Below, piece after piece: positions 39,366 through 53,676 of a stretch of DNA of 64,000 bases. The first letter of the stretch is position 1; every line of letters begins with the position of its first letter. This stretch comes from Vicugna vicugna (lineage: Eukaryota). The translations under genes were made by a program, and so were the position numbers. Below the pieces are notes generated by a model that saw only the letters and a program-made list of their open reading frames with translations, had not been told where the DNA came from and ran no database searches. The DNA lies in NCBI GenBank assembly GCA_013265495.1, contig MU058824.1, positions 5,971,245-6,035,244 on the forward strand, given 5' to 3'.

Positions 39366-41480
39366 GATTTTATTTCAGAACTCTATTACCGAAATTGGTA
39401 CTGGGTAACTTTTGCAGACCCTCCAAACAATCTAGCCATCTCTGTCCCCTAATCTATAAAAATTATAGATGGTTCCTTTGTGGCTTCAAAGGGCACTATA
39501 TAAGGCCTTTATTTGCTGCTCTCTGTATTTGATTTATTAATTCCATTTCACAGATGACGAGCCTGTGGCAAAACTTTCTACATCTGACCCAAAAAACCAA
39601 ATGTAGTCTCTGAACAGCAAGGGTGAAAGTGATCACCCAGGAAATCCTGACTTTCAATTCCATTTCTAATTCCTCATAAGAAAGAGATCTTAAACTGTTC
39701 CTGTGGAACCCAAGGACTTCGTGGGTATGTTTTGTAGATGTGCCTGGGTAGACACACAAGCAAAACTAAAATCTGACAATGAAAATGCACTTAAATAATC
39801 ATTCAAAGTAAGAAATCCCACTGCACATGAAGAAGTATATACAGCATCGAGGTAATCTAGGTGGAGTTTATTTAAGTCTGCTGTGTTGGCATTCCAATGC
39901 ATGTTATGTTGGGGACAGAGGGCTGAATAATATAATTAGTATCCTTATATGAAAAGTAAAATCCAGGCCAAAATTCAAAAAAGTACATGAAGAATTAAAG
40001 TCCCCATTAGTGTATTTCTTTACAAATCAGTGGCCAAGAATAAAGATATTTCAGAGCTCTTACTCATTTTTAATAAGTTCATGGAGGAAAACAGAAGATA
40101 GATTTGTAGCTTTGTACAAACACTACACACACACAATAGGAAAAGAAAAATTTAAGCACTTAGACACATTTTTGCCATAGTATCAATGTGAAAAGTGACA
40201 TGAGATCTGTAATGATAGTCAAAAAGGATGGCACAAACAAAACACACAGAAGCTAAGGCTCCTATTAAAAAGGTTCAAATATGTGTTGTGCAGATGACCC
40301 CAATGCTAGAACAATGCCAGGGTATCCCAAAATAGAGTTGGACAAGCCACACAAAGTATGTGCACTTTATATTTCATAGTTTGGGAACTGTTTGTAATTA
40401 TAGTGGCAGAGAATAGTATAGTTTGCCTTTTATATTAAATTTTATTGGCTGTTCTGGACCAAAACAGTAGTAGTTATTGTATGAATATTTTAAATGAGAA
40501 TGCATTTGTTTGTTTATAAAATAAACCTCATTAAACAAATAAATTTCAAACATAATATGATTCCACTACCTGATAATTTTAATAGATGGGATAAGTTCAG
40601 TTTGGTTTGTAAGGATTACGATGTCACGGTGCTCACAACTACAGATACACTGTCAGTAATGAAACAAACTAAATCTTTTATCTTAATATGCCAAGCAAAA
40701 TAAACCTATAAATTTTACTGGTTGAAAATTTGTGACTTTCTGACAAAGGCAGGCATTTAAGTATCTAAAATGTAATAAATTACCATTTTAAACATCTTTT
40801 TACTGCTATAAAGGATATTGAAAAAATATTTCCCTATATAAAAGTGAATATTTAGATGCACGAGTATGAATTTCCTCTTAATTGGACATTTACCAATGAC
40901 AGTGTGTAAGTAGTTTTTATACATTGTCATTGATTTATCTTTGGTGCTAACAGCTTCTACCACACCTCTTTTAAGGTTTTGATTCAGTTCAACTGAAAAC
41001 ACTTCTGAAATTGCAAAGCAAACCATTTAATAGTTACTACTTGTAAGTATCTAATTTTATGACTGCAATACTGTGGAAACAAACAAAATGCAGAAATAAA
41101 CTGGGTGATGATGTTGATAAAAGACTTTGATTATCATTCAAACCCCCAATTTTAAATATAGAAGTTAGTCCAAATAGCTAGGTTGTTCTCATTGATTTCT
41201 TTATAACAAATTAGTTTTATAAATTATAAGCATAAAGTAATGTTATATATATGATAAAGGATTTTAATTTTTGTAATTTGCAACTCCACATGAGATTTCA
41301 GTCTTTAAAGGGTTCAATACTGCTAAAAATGACCACTGATATGATCCAAACTCCTCCCTTGACAAATGATTTTAAAGGCTGGAAAGACTAAGACACTGTG
41401 AAAGATCAGTCTTTCTGGGCTTCTCAATGTCTTTAATAAGCAAAAGTAATTGTGAATTTCCACAAGGGAAGCTATTCTAT

Positions 41481-41882
41481 TGTCATGGTTTGTCTCAGAA
41501 GCAGATCCTAAGAAGATATTCGAATACTAGTGGCATTTTGGGGAGATGCAGAAATCACAGGTAGGGAATAGGAAAGTGAGAAAGGAAGAGAAGGCAGCCA
41601 ATTAAGAGTGTAGTGTTAAAACAGTTGTACTGAGGACAACTGGAGCATAATTCCACAGGGAACTTCAGGGACACAAGGCAGGATCTACACTGTAGAACTA
41701 CCACATCTGAGGGGCAGGAAATCTCTCATTTTATACACCCACTGCTGTCAGGTACTGGAATGGACTTGTTCTAGTAGGTATGAATTCTGGGCACTTCCAA
41801 AAACAGGCAGTGAGAAGTCAAGCCCAGCATAGAAGTGGGAAGGCCTAGGAATATGTGCAGATCTCTAACAGCAGCTGCTACA
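41481..41882 (-). mobile_element. LTR16-like ERVL solo LTR
   Basis: cagaagcagatcctaagaagatattcgaat...ggaaagtgagaaaggaagagaaggcagccaattaag...aacagcagctgctaca; TG...CA termini. Confidence 0.8.
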
Positions 41883-42654
41883 AGTACACAGTTTTTCCTA
41901 AACTAATCTGACGACAGGATTCCTTTTTTATGGAGCACTAAATAATTTACATTAGAACTTTATTGTCTTGGAAACACTGAAACCATACAGTGCTCTAATG
42001 AGCACTATAATATGAACAGTGCTTTCACACACATCATCTATTTTTAGTCTCAAAAACCAGGTATTATTATCTCCATTGTACAGACAAGAAAAACAGACAT
42101 TTAGATAGGTTTATGGATACAGGTAGACCCAGAAAGCAAACTCAAGCTTCTGATCTTAAGATTCAAAATACAGCAATCGGCTTTTTGCAGAAAGTATATT
42201 TTCAACTTATACAAAAATGTTTAGTATCTAGAGTAGTTTTTGCCTTTTTATCCATGAAAGTTCTTATAAAGACCTTTTATTCTACTAAAATGACCTGCCA
42301 CAATACCACATATACAGTTCTATGAATACTAGTAAGTAGATTTTTAAAAAATTTAGACAACTTTGAATTCTATGGTTACTATAGAGACAGGGAAGCTTGC
42401 TGTCACTTTAATGTACTATGCTGTCTATAGTATTACTGATAGGTACCTGAGATAGCCCTATAAATTTTAAGCTTTTATGTGCCTTCTATATTTCACAATA
42501 TAGGATCACAATTTATAATGATATGAAGTATTGTCATAGAAATTGTCAGCTAGCAAAGTCCAAATATATTTTAAAGATTCGCAGTTACTAACTGTACCAA
42601 AGGAAAAACAGAAAGTCTTCAAAAGCATACTGATCTATGATATGGTGATTTTTA

Positions 42655-42890
42655 AGCTAATATTTATTGAGTATTTACTATATTCCCAGCACTGCTCTAA
42701 GTAATTTATAGATATTAGTCCATGAGTCCTTAGAATAGTCCTCTGGTATAAGTTGTCATCTATCCTATATAACAAATGAAAAAACTGAGGCACAAAGAAG
42801 TTAAGTAATTTGCCCAACTTATACAGTTTATAAAGGGTAATGCCAAGATTTGAACCCATAAAATTTAGCTTCGTAGCTACATGCATAGAC
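42655..42890 (-). mobile_element. MIR SINE, near full length
   Basis: gctaatatttattgagtatttactatattcccagcactgctctaag...aaactgaggcacaaagaagttaagtaatttgcccaa...ccaagatttgaaccca. Confidence 0.88.
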
Positions 42891-45402
42891 ATCATGCCTA
42901 TAAAGGCACACTCAAAAACACTATGCCATACTGGGCTTAACCACAGAGTTGCTCCATATATTAGCCCATTAAGAATTATTTAAGTTTTAATTCTGATTTA
43001 ATCAGTGTAAAGAAAAGCAATTCTCAAATTTCTAAACAATCATTGCCGGATAAAAGATCATTTAAACTTGTGCTGGCATTGTGCATAATTATTTCCAGTA
43101 GACTTGACCCAAACTATCTTAGGCAAAATTTTAATTTTCTAAGCTCTCTCTGACATTTTATTCTCAAGGGCTTGTTAAAATTTTATTTACTGAAATAAAA
43201 CTTAATGTGTATAATTAGAGGCTGCATATGGAAAATGAAGGAAAGGAAGAAAGACAGAAAGAAAATATAGATAAATTCTCAGACTGAACTAGAAAATGTT
43301 AATAAGTTAGAAAGTCATTTTCTCACTAAAGCAATGGACATTACTCTGAATATATGTTAATCTTGATTTGTTTAACAGATGTTCTCTTGAAAGAGTTATG
43401 AGTTGATTTGACATATTTGTGAAGCCACATATTAACTGATACCACTTTTGTTTGTTTGTTTGTTTTTCTATTGACCCAACCTTCAAAAGTGCTTTATCTC
43501 CTTTCTTAGTGATTGATCAAGTAGCCAATAAACATTAAAGCTGGCAGTGCAGTAGTAAACCTTCTTTGTAAATCAAGCATCCTTTAACAATAATACTAAC
43601 ATCTTTAGTTGGGCAAAGCAGGAAATAAGCAGACACTTCTTTTCTTGATGAGAATCCTACAGCCTTACAATACTGCATGTAGGGGAAAGGAGGCTGGTAA
43701 TGGAGATGTCTGGGGGAAAATGAAGTCTTTCAAGAATACAGAAGGAAATCCTGAATCAAAGACTCCAGACAACAATGCAAGAACAGTCCATGACCTTGAG
43801 ACCTCTCGATTAAAACTCTATTAACATCGAGGTAAATATGCACAACTGCAGTAGAAAAGTCAATAAAGAGGAACAATGTGGATGCCAGGGTGGTGAGGTC
43901 AGCACCTCTGTGGTGACATCACATCAATAAATAACTTAAACATTAGAATCAGTAATCACACTGGCATCCTATCAACCCACTACATCCCATCTTACAATTG
44001 CCCATAGGTCTAAGAAATTACTCATTAAAATCATGAAAAGCCAGAGAGAGACAGTTTGGGGCATTATCTACTCCTGAGAAGTAAGGATAAAATAGATAGT
44101 TCAATGTTGGCTTATGTGGTTGATTTTCACTCTGCATCTCTTTAATTAAGAAAAAGACACCCACATTTTCAAACAGTCATCTAAATATGTAGATAATATA
44201 AAGTGATTACAAATATGAACAAGCTTTTAATTGTGTGTGTGTGTGTGTGGCTTAATGTGGATTTCAAGCTTAAAAAATACTCTGTATATGTGCACTTGAA
44301 TATTTGTTTTCTTACCATGTGGCCATAGGCGGGTATTCTTTTAGTTTTGAGAGCAGTTCAAATCCTTCAACTCATATAAAAAAGAACTGAGTCATTCTCT
44401 GGAAGAAGTTTTTAATCTGTTGCCAATTGCCCATTCAAAGGAGAGTAATTCATTCTCACAAATATTAATGTAAATGTTTGTAGTCAAAAGGGTGTGTTTA
44501 AGAAGCAATATGTTAGCCGACACTGCATTTTAAAAATCACTATGGTACTTTAAATTTCAACTAGCCTAAAGTCAATCTGACCAAATATTGAGGCAGGCAA
44601 ATATCTAACTCATTTGGTTGAGGTCTCTATGTCGGATTTTAGTCACAGAAGGAAAACTAGACAACTGCTCCCATTTTATGATATTGGTAGACAAGTCTTA
44701 CAATATTTATCAATCAATCAATCAATCATGGTTCCTAAACTCAAGAAGCGTTCACTTCATCTGCAGGGATGGAAATGATTCAGCATCAAATAGAGGAGGC
44801 AGAACTTGACCTGAACCTTGAGGTATGAGTATAGATAAGAAATTCAGAGGGAAATAAGTTATTCAAGGTAAAGGAACAGAATGAATTGGTGACAATAGGC
44901 ATGGCAGATGGGGATAAGAAGAAGATGGGGAGGAGTTCTGTGTGATGGGAAGAGAGTGTATATTGGAGAATCATGGAAATATGTTTGAATAGGTAGAACA
45001 GGACTAATCTAAAAGTTTCTATTATTAATAATATTAGATATAATTAATAATAATAGTAATAATAATTTCTATTATTATAAGTTTCTATTATTCCAACAAT
45101 TTGGAAAACCTGTTGTTTTTTAAGTCATCAGTGATCAGAATGAGCTTGAAAGTTTATTTTTATTGTTTTGTATATCATATTCCTTCCTTATTAAAATATA
45201 TTCTTTGGTTCTTTAAGAATCTGTGTGTAGATGATCTTAACACACTTATTGGGGTTTTTAAAAGTTGGGCTTTTTCAATTTATTCTTATGGTATTGGCAT
45301 TTTTGGTTTTGTTTGTGTTTTTTTCTAGAGGGCCAATATAAAAATTTCTTTATATTCTCTTATTTTGTGGCACTTTTATCAGCTATAGTCTAAACTGTGG
45401 AA

Positions 45403-46435
45403 ACTTCTAGTTTTCAATCTGTCTAGCATGTAAAGAGTTGGAATTTATCACTCCCAACCACATAACAAGGAAAAAGCTGAAAAAAAAAACCTAAAAATCA
45501 ACAACTCTTTTTAGATTTATAAGAGATTTATAAGAGAACTGAGGTCCCAGGGCTAACACTGCCCAAAAATTGAAGAGACAAACAGGCAGATACAGAGAAT
45601 CACTATTTACCAGATCAGAAACCAGTGCCAGAGAAGAAAAACCTAAACAGTAATTAATTAATTGCTGGAGTTTCAAAGTTGACAAGTTTGAGAATTTAAA
45701 ACTCAGGGAGGTCCAGCTTTAATGGGGAACTCCACACTTTCATGAGTGTATCTCCACAAGCCCTACCAGTTTCCTCTCACAGTGAAGACTCGAGAAAAAT
45801 CCTCTTGCTTCTAGTAAGAGGAGGGGAAAAACAGTCATTTTGAAGTATGCCCAGAGCATTCTCTTTAATAAGGCCTGCCCTCAAGAGAAACTTCTTTACC
45901 CGAGCCTACTCAACTGGGAATTTATCCAAAGACTAATCATCCTGGGGGAAGGGAAATACTCAACTACAGTTTCCCTAACCTTCCTGTCCTAGCAAAAGAG
46001 GAAAAAACAAAACAAAACTGAGAAGTGCTTGTGAAAATCACAGCTTAGGGGCACAGGCTCATTAAAAGACTAAAACCTAACCAAAGAACTATAGAATTCT
46101 TCCCTGTCCATTTTACCTTATTCATATCAACTTGGGACCCTGCAAAACAATGAAAGAACCATGCATCCCAAACCATTCCCAATTTTTAAGAAGTCTCTAG
46201 AGAAATTCAAAGACAACAGGGGAGACAAAAACAAAGACAACAGAGGAAATTTTAACCTCTCACATAATAGCTAGAGTAAACAGTAAACACAGCCTAACCC
46301 CTAGCCAGAAAAATATAAAACCTCCGAAAAGGCCTATTTATCTCAGTGTTTTTACCCACTACATCATGTCCTCCTGTTTTGGACAAAAAAATTACAAGGC
46401 ATACTAAAAGAAAAAAAAATACAATTTGATAAGAT
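45403..46435 (+). mobile_element. L1M (L1MC/L1MD-like) 5' region fragment
   Basis: acaaggaaaaagctga...aaaatcaacaactctttttagattt...gagaactgaggtcccagggctaacactgccc...catcatgtcc...aaaaaattacaaggcatactaaaag. Confidence 0.7.
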
Positions 46436-47559
46436 ATCTATTACTCAAATAGTGATGTGTCTCCTTCTCTCTAAATTAGAAATAAGAATTGTACCTGCTT
46501 TGCTAAAGCTGTGGTGTGGATGATATGAAAAATATTAGCAACCAGAAGAACACAGGCACTAGCCAGTCTGAACCAGAGGTAAAAAATCAGTCCAGTCATA
46601 TGACTGCCTATAGGTAAATTTCCTAGTTCTAGCATATGTTAAATGAGATAGTACAAGCAAAGCATTGCCCACTGTGCCTGATACAGGCCAAGCATTCAAT
46701 AAATATGAACTCATGTTGAAAACAGAAATTAAATATGGAATCATTCACATTTGGATTTGGAGTTAGATGAGATCAAATAAAAGCAAGATGGAAACAAACA
46801 AGGAAGGATGAGGTCCTGTACGAGTGCCTCCAAACACAAGACTAATGTTCTCAGCTTACTTTTATTTTTTGGTTGGTACATAGAACAAGGGAGTTTCATT
46901 GACTCAGAGAACAAAAGTCAAGTCAACAATACCCAGAAAGGATACGTGAACTCACCCCATGTCACACAGTAATTAAGGAGACACAGCCAGAAGAAAAATT
47001 CAGGCTTCTTAATTCTCCAAAATACCTCTATAACATAATAACTATTTAAATTTATATGTATTTTTATTTGATGGTTTCCAAAATATTTTGACATGCATTA
47101 TCTCATTTTCAATGATAATTAATGAATAAACAAACAGATGTACTAGCCTTTGGAGAAAACAAAACAAAACAAAACCTAACAGAAATATAGCTGGATTTCA
47201 AATCCACTTTGCGGTGATCCAAATTTAAAGAACATGTTGTTTTAAATGCCATAGTTCAAGAACTGGGCAAGTTCAATACATATCAATGCAAATATATTAG
47301 ATGCAGCACAGACAGTTGCCATAGTAATCTCCATATGATGGATGGATGGATAGATTAAATTTTTGTTTTCAGCTTTTGAAAACCAAAATACTACACAAGC
47401 AAAAATTGCCTGAAATCATATCTCACAAAAGAATCTTTCCTAGTAATACTCAAGACACATCAAAAATGTATGTCAAAAAAGAGCCTTATGTAACCATGGA
47501 TTCATCAATTAAAACTTTGACTTGGTTTTCTCCTTTTATGAAATGGAAAATGTAAGCCA

Positions 47560-47795
47560 GAAAATTTGGTAGTTAAAAGCCTAGACTCTGGAACCTGGAG
47601 TCTTGGCTTCATCCCCTCTTAGATGTAGGCCTTCAGGCAAGCTGCTTGACCTTAATATGCCTCTGCTCCATTTATTAAATGGGTATATAAAGTATCCACT
47701 TCATATGGTTGCTGTGAGAACTGACTGAGTTGGTGCATGTAACGGCCCTACAAAAGTGCTTAGCACAGAGTACCTCCTCAATAGTTGCTAGTTTT
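47560..47795 (+). mobile_element. MIR SINE
   Basis: gtagttaaaagcctagactctggaacctgg...ggcaagctgcttgacctt...aaagtgcttagcacagagtacc. Confidence 0.8.
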
Positions 47796-47899
47796 ATTGC
47801 TGTATTCCTTACTGCCTCTTTTGATTTCTCCATGTGACTTTTAAAAGAATTTTTTAACTTCTGTTTTGTCTTACTATTGGGCATGTAGCAAGGACTTTT

Positions 47900-48381
47900 T
47901 AGATTGGGTGATCTGGGTAGGAATGTGAGCATTAGAAAGTAACAATACAAAACATCACCCATGTAAACTAAAAAATAAAATAAAATAAAATAAAGTAAAA
48001 TAGAGGGTTTTTTCCTCAAATAAGAAACCTAGAGTTAGGTGACTGCTGGCATTAATTCATGGCTCGCTGAGGTCAGGGCTGCGTCTGTGCATCTCTTGAT
48101 CTGTACTTGGAGCTGCTTTAACATCAGGCATTCAAGGCAGGGAGATGATGGAAAGGAAAACAGTAGCTCCAGCAACATCTGTCCCTTTGATTAGGAAAAC
48201 AAAAATCCCAAAAATCTCCAACAGTCCTCCACTCATGTCTCATTGGCCAGAACTCTGCCACTTCCTCTCCTAGCTACAAGGAAGGCTGAGGAAGTTACTC
48301 TTCAGCTGGGCATTCTGCCATCCTCTTCAAAATTGGGATTCTGTTGGCAAGGAGAAGGAGGAATGGATCGTGTTTGCCACA
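47900..48381 (-). mobile_element. MLT1 (MaLR) solo LTR
   Basis: ctcatgtctcattggccagaactctgccac...ctagctacaaggaaggctgaggaag...aaaattgggattctgttggcaaggagaaggagg...tgtttgccaca. Confidence 0.75.
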
Positions 48382-49673
48382 GGTGCATGGGGGATCTTGC
48401 AGCATCTGATAAAAAGAATTCATTAGGTAATGTTCCCTTGAACACTTTGAGAATAAAATGAGCTATGTAATGTATAGATAGTTTTAGCTGCCAGCTAAAG
48501 CACATATTTTGCCTCCTCTTTCTTTCTGAATTTATTCCCTCTGTACTTGGTACTCTCACTCTGCCTATAATCAAAATTTGGGAATTGCCATATGAGGGTT
48601 AATGCAGCCACACTGCCAATGAAGGCAATCACTGCTGGGTTTCTGTGGTGCCTCTGCAGGTGTATGTAAAGGTATCAGGAACAAAAATCTAAAACACTCA
48701 CTTGCAGTCTCCCATTGCTTTGCTCCAGAATCCACATCTACTCTGTCTCTGCAATGCACATAATCAAAGGAGTGCAGGTGCTCAGCCTGATTGAATTGAG
48801 CCTGCTTCCCTCCAGATTATAGCAATTCTCGTTCAGGGGAGTCGTACAGCAGATGTGATGGAAGAGTCTTCTCCCTAATTATGGAGATTTGTCATTGGTG
48901 TTGGGGGTTATTTTTTGTATTATTTACACTATTCTGTCTGGTGGTAATATTTCTGTCTACCAGTGACAATTACATTGCTCTTTATTGGTGCAGATCAGTA
49001 GTTTGTGATAGCTCTGAAAAGCCAGTGTGCAGCACATGTCACTGGCAGACATATTAATGCTGGCGACAAGGAATGCATGTGATGTAACACGATTAGATGG
49101 CACTAAGATAAAGGACCATCTTGAAGCCCATGAATAACCAAGAAGCAGCAAGGTGACAACTATCAATTATTTATTGCCCTTGTCCAGTATATTATTAACA
49201 GCTCCAGGAAAGCACACAGTCTTTCTTTCCTGCTCTCTCTCCCTCATGTTAATGCTTGGCTCCTCAGCTTATGGGAGGTTATATCCTAAGGGAGACATTT
49301 TGCTCTCAGCTACCATTAGACAATCCAGAGAAAAAGTGAAATGACCTCAAGACAGACTACATTCAGCTTTTTTGGCTACCAGAAAAGATGTATCACTCTC
49401 TCCTCTCCACTAGTGATTCCTCTTATCACCTTCACGTGCAAAGCCTCCTCTTTACACTTCTTCCCTTAAGGTCAGTGGACTGCTGATTTAACAATGGCTC
49501 CCACTTTCAGGGGAGAATTTGATGTTCTGTGATTAAATTTCACACACATACCTGTAAGTTAGGCCCTCATTCCATAGGGAGTTGGTTATGGTTTTATAAC
49601 CAATTCACTGCTAAATCAGAAAGAGACTATTTTATATCTTAGTTTATATGAAGCATAAAAAAGTTATAAATAG

Positions 49674-50190
49674 GTACCAATTAGGATGCTCTTAGTTGCA
49701 AGTGATAGGCAATCTGTCTCAAAATGATTTTAAACAATAAGCAAAATTATCTGGCCTATGCAGACACTCAGTAATGTCAAGTATGCAGAGTCTTTTCACC
49801 TCTCTATTCTGCAATCCATAGTGTTGGTTCCCCTCAAGGTTCTAAGATCAAACAAGGAAGGCTCTGTTCTTTCTCATTTCTGTTTAGCATGCGCGAGAGA
49901 GAAAACCTCCCCTCAACTAAGGAGAAAAAGGGGCTGCCTCTAGCTTGACTTAGCTACTAAGGTCATATGCTCATCACTAGCAGTCCCCAGGGGAATATCA
50001 CATGTAGATAGACATATATTTGGTCTCTAGGACCAATTATGGCAAAAGGTGTTGAGAATATATTGGCCAGTTTAGACTCATCTAAGTCCACCCCTGGAGC
50101 TGGAGATAATGATCCCTGAATGACATAAGCTATTAGGGAGTGGACACTTTAACAAATTTCAAGTTATATAGAAAAGGAACTAACAGCATA
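49674..50190 (-). mobile_element. MLT1K-like MaLR solo LTR
   Basis: ttaggatgctcttagttgcaagtgataggcaatc...ctcaaaatgattttaaac...aagtccacccctggagctggag. Confidence 0.7.
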
Positions 50191-50514
50191 CAGTATGTGA
50201 GATAAATATTTATGAAGCACTTTAGAGTTCTTCTCATTGAGTAGACATATAAAAATATAATTTTATTTACATAAAACATGTTGTCTAATCCTAAGAAGTT
50301 ACACATTCTAGAGCTTTTGTTGAAGATAGAATTATAGCCCCAAATTTATATAGCCATATAATTATTGCATATACTTATTCTGTTGTATGTTTAATGTTAA
50401 AGTGGCTACCATATTGGTACTATGTGGATCTTTTATATAAAAACAGAGTTGTGAAAATCTCGAGAGTCCTCTGAATCCTGTCCTCAGGTAAAATTTTCAT
50501 CTTCACATTTACTT

Positions 50515-51080
50515 GGGTATTAGTTCATATATTTACTCATTGTTCATTCATTAAATTTATAAGGTGACTAGAACATACAAGACACTGTATTAAGACATAT
50601 TTTTTAAAAGAATTCAATAAAGAACTATTCTTCACTAACAAACACCTACTAGATGTTATATACTAAGGACATCATCATGGTCTTTGAGTAGATTACAGTT
50701 CTGGGAAGAAGACCTACAAGTAATGAAGGGTACAAAGGGAAAACACAGATTTATACCAGCTTGGTGGCAAGAAGATATGTACCAAGGATCTTCCTGGGTG
50801 AGGTGATAAATAAACTGAGTCTCAAAGAATTAGCCATGTATAAAACCAGGGAAGAATAGAACATGGAAAGCAGAAATTATTGAAACTTCATATTATTAAC
50901 ATGAGACAGAGTAGCAGAAGTTGAGACCATACTGGAAGAGAGGAGCTGAAGTCTCCAGCTGCAAGGTACTGTGATAGGGCCAACAGCAGGAAGCCATGGA
51001 AGTAGAAGCAGCTCAGCCTATCTGGCACTTCGTAGCCCATTTTGACAACTGTGTGGAAGATGGAGTATAAGGGAGAATTT
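50515..51080 (-). mobile_element. L2 fragment
   Basis: tttactcattgttcattcatt...gacactgtattaagac...gatcttcctgggtgaggtgataaataaactgagtctcaaag. Confidence 0.55.
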
Positions 51081-51579
51081 TATGAAGATATTTTAAAGGA
51101 CACCCACTGTGAGGAAATCAAAATGTAATTTTTATTGAACAGCCACAAAATGTGACACATTGTGCTACTTTCACATAATAATCTTTTAACCCTTACAACA
51201 ATTTTGAGAGATTGTTTTTGATAGGTTTTTAATAGGAGGAGACAGTTCTAGGGAGGAGAATGGAAGGAGGAACATAGCTGTCCCAGGATTACAGAGCTAG
51301 TAAATGTGATTACTAAGTTGAATATATGGTGGCAATTATGAAAGCTGGATCCAATTTGGAAGAACAAAGGTGAAGTCAGGATACGAAATGGGTTTTCCAG
51401 GATTCTTAGTTCAGCTGAATATTCTTCTATACAACATGGACCTTTAAGCTTAATAATATTAAAAGTAGTAATGACACATAGAGGTTACAAAGTATTTTAT
51501 ATTTACATCTTCATTATAACTAACCTAGTTCATTCATACTCTAGTCAGTCTACTTTACTTATACAAAGAATATTATAAT

Positions 51580-51835
51580 AACAGCAACACAGAGCACATG
51601 CTATGTGTCAGAATGCCTGCTAAGATCCTTACCTGCACTTATCTCCTGTTCATATCTACATCAAACATATTAGGTAGGTATTATCTTATCCTTCTCTTTA
51701 CAGATTAACATACTCAAGTCAGGGAGGACTGGTAAGTTGTTTGCCAAAGATCATAACAGGCATCAGTAACATAGGTGAAATAAGATTTTGTCAGTGTGAC
51801 TTCAAAACTCAGGCTTTTAACTATTTCACTTTGCA
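51580..51835 (-). mobile_element. MIR SINE
   Basis: gagcacatgctatgtgtcag...aggtaggtattatcttatccttctctttacagat...tgtgacttcaaaactcaggcttttaac. Confidence 0.75.
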
Positions 51836-52224
51836 GCTTCCTGATTCCAGGCACATTTTTGAGAATCCGCTTGGGGTCTAACCCATACTAAGTTTGCTGG
51901 TGGTTATAAAGAATGCATAATTTCCAACTTCTCTTGCCTGTAAGGTATGGTTAACACATGGAAATAATTTCTTAAATAGCACTAAACAGAGTATAATACA
52001 GTACCAAACAATGTAGTGTAGATTACCATAGCTTTAGGAGTTCAAAGAAGAATGAGATCAAAGTGGTCTGATGTAGTCAGGGTAAGTTTTAAAGGATGTG
52101 AGCCTTGAACTGACTCTTTGAAGAATGGTTAAGATTTCTCTAGATAAGTAAATAGAAGCGGGGAAAAAGCCATTATATGACGAGAGGAAAGCATTAAGGA
52201 AGCAAGGTTTTTGCACTGAAAGGA

Positions 52225-53505
52225 TAATTTCCTAAAAAACTATCAGGAAACTTTCAGGAGACAACACAGAAATAAATCTAGGTGACCAATTTGCTGATGA
52301 TTTTTTTGATACAACATCAAATGCATGATCCATAAAAGAAAAAATTGACAAATTGGACTTCTTAAAATTAAAAACCTCTGCTCTGTGCAAGACATTGTTA
52401 ACAAAAAGAAAAGACAAGCCACAGACTGGGAGAAAATATTTGCAAAACATATACCTGATAAAGGATTTGTATCCAAAATATACAAAGAACTATTAAAACT
52501 CAACAGTAAAAAACCAATACAATTAAAAAAAATGGCAAAAGACCCGAATAGACACCTGATCTAAGAAGATACACAAATGGCAAAAAAAAAAAGCATAAGG
52601 AAAGATGCTCAACATCATATTTCTTTGGGAATTGAAAATTAAACTTATTAGAATCACTAAAATACAAGACATTGACAACAAATGCTGGTGAGGATATTAA
52701 CAGGAACTCTCATTCATTGCTGGCAGGAAGGCAAAATGATACGGCCACTTTGGAAGATAGTTTGGCAGTTTCCTACAGAGCTAAACATAGGTTTGCCATA
52801 AGATCCAGAAACCACACTCTTAGAAGTGAATTGAATCGTACACTCAAAAATCACACATAAATGTTTATAGCAGCTTTACTCATTATTGCCAAAACTTTGA
52901 AACAACCGCATATCCTTCATGAGGTGAATGGATAAACAAACTGTGGTATATCCATGTAATGGCATACTATGCAGTGCTAAAATGAAATGAGCTATCAAGC
53001 CATTAAAAACATGGAAGAAATTTAAATGCATATTACTAAGTAAAAGAAGCCAGTCTGAAAAGTATACATATTGTAGGAGTCCAACTATATGACATTCTGG
53101 AAAAGGCAAAAATATGGAGACAGTAAAAATTTCAGTGGTTGTCAGGGACTCAGAGGGAAGGGATAGGAATGCATAGATGGAGTACTGGGCATTTTTAGGG
53201 CAGAGAAACTAATCAGTATGATACTGTAATGGTGGATATATAACATTACAAATTTGTCAAAACCTATAGAATGTACAACACCAAGAGTGAAGTCTAATGT
53301 AAATTATGAGCTTCTGTTAATAAAACTGTATCAGTATTGGTTCATTAATTGTAACAGAAGCACCACACTAATGCAACACGTAATAATAGGTGAAACTGTG
53401 GGGTTAAGGTAAAGTGATAAGAGGTATATGGCAATTCTCTATACTTAATGAGTAATTTTTCTGTAAACCTAAAACTGCTCTAAAAATAAAGCCTTTTAAA
53501 AAAAC
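52225..53505 (+). mobile_element. L1MC1-like ORF2 3' part and 3' UTR
   Basis: aaaagacaagccacagactgggagaaaatatttgcaaaacatatacctgataaagg; terminus ctgtaaacctaaaactgctctaaaaataaa. Confidence 0.9.
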
Positions 53506-53676
53506 TGATAGAAAAATTCTATGCTCAATTTTGCCAAACCTGTTTTTAAGCCACGTGTTCATTTTTACATCCATTCACAATACAGGACATCCACAAATAT
53601 TCAGTATTTACAACATTAGTTCCTTGTGTATGTTCCACCCTGCCTGTAGTTCTTCCAGATGCAATGATACATTGTT

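Noticed and set aside
42377..42432. Hairpin tactatagagacag...ctgtctatagta as a miRNA or MITE
   Set aside because: Stem is only ~12 bp with a bulge; too short and plausible by chance
43609..43836. Possible + strand exon ending GAG|GTAAAT
   Set aside because: The listed frame stops before the donor, there is no clear acceptor, and the peptide is not recognised
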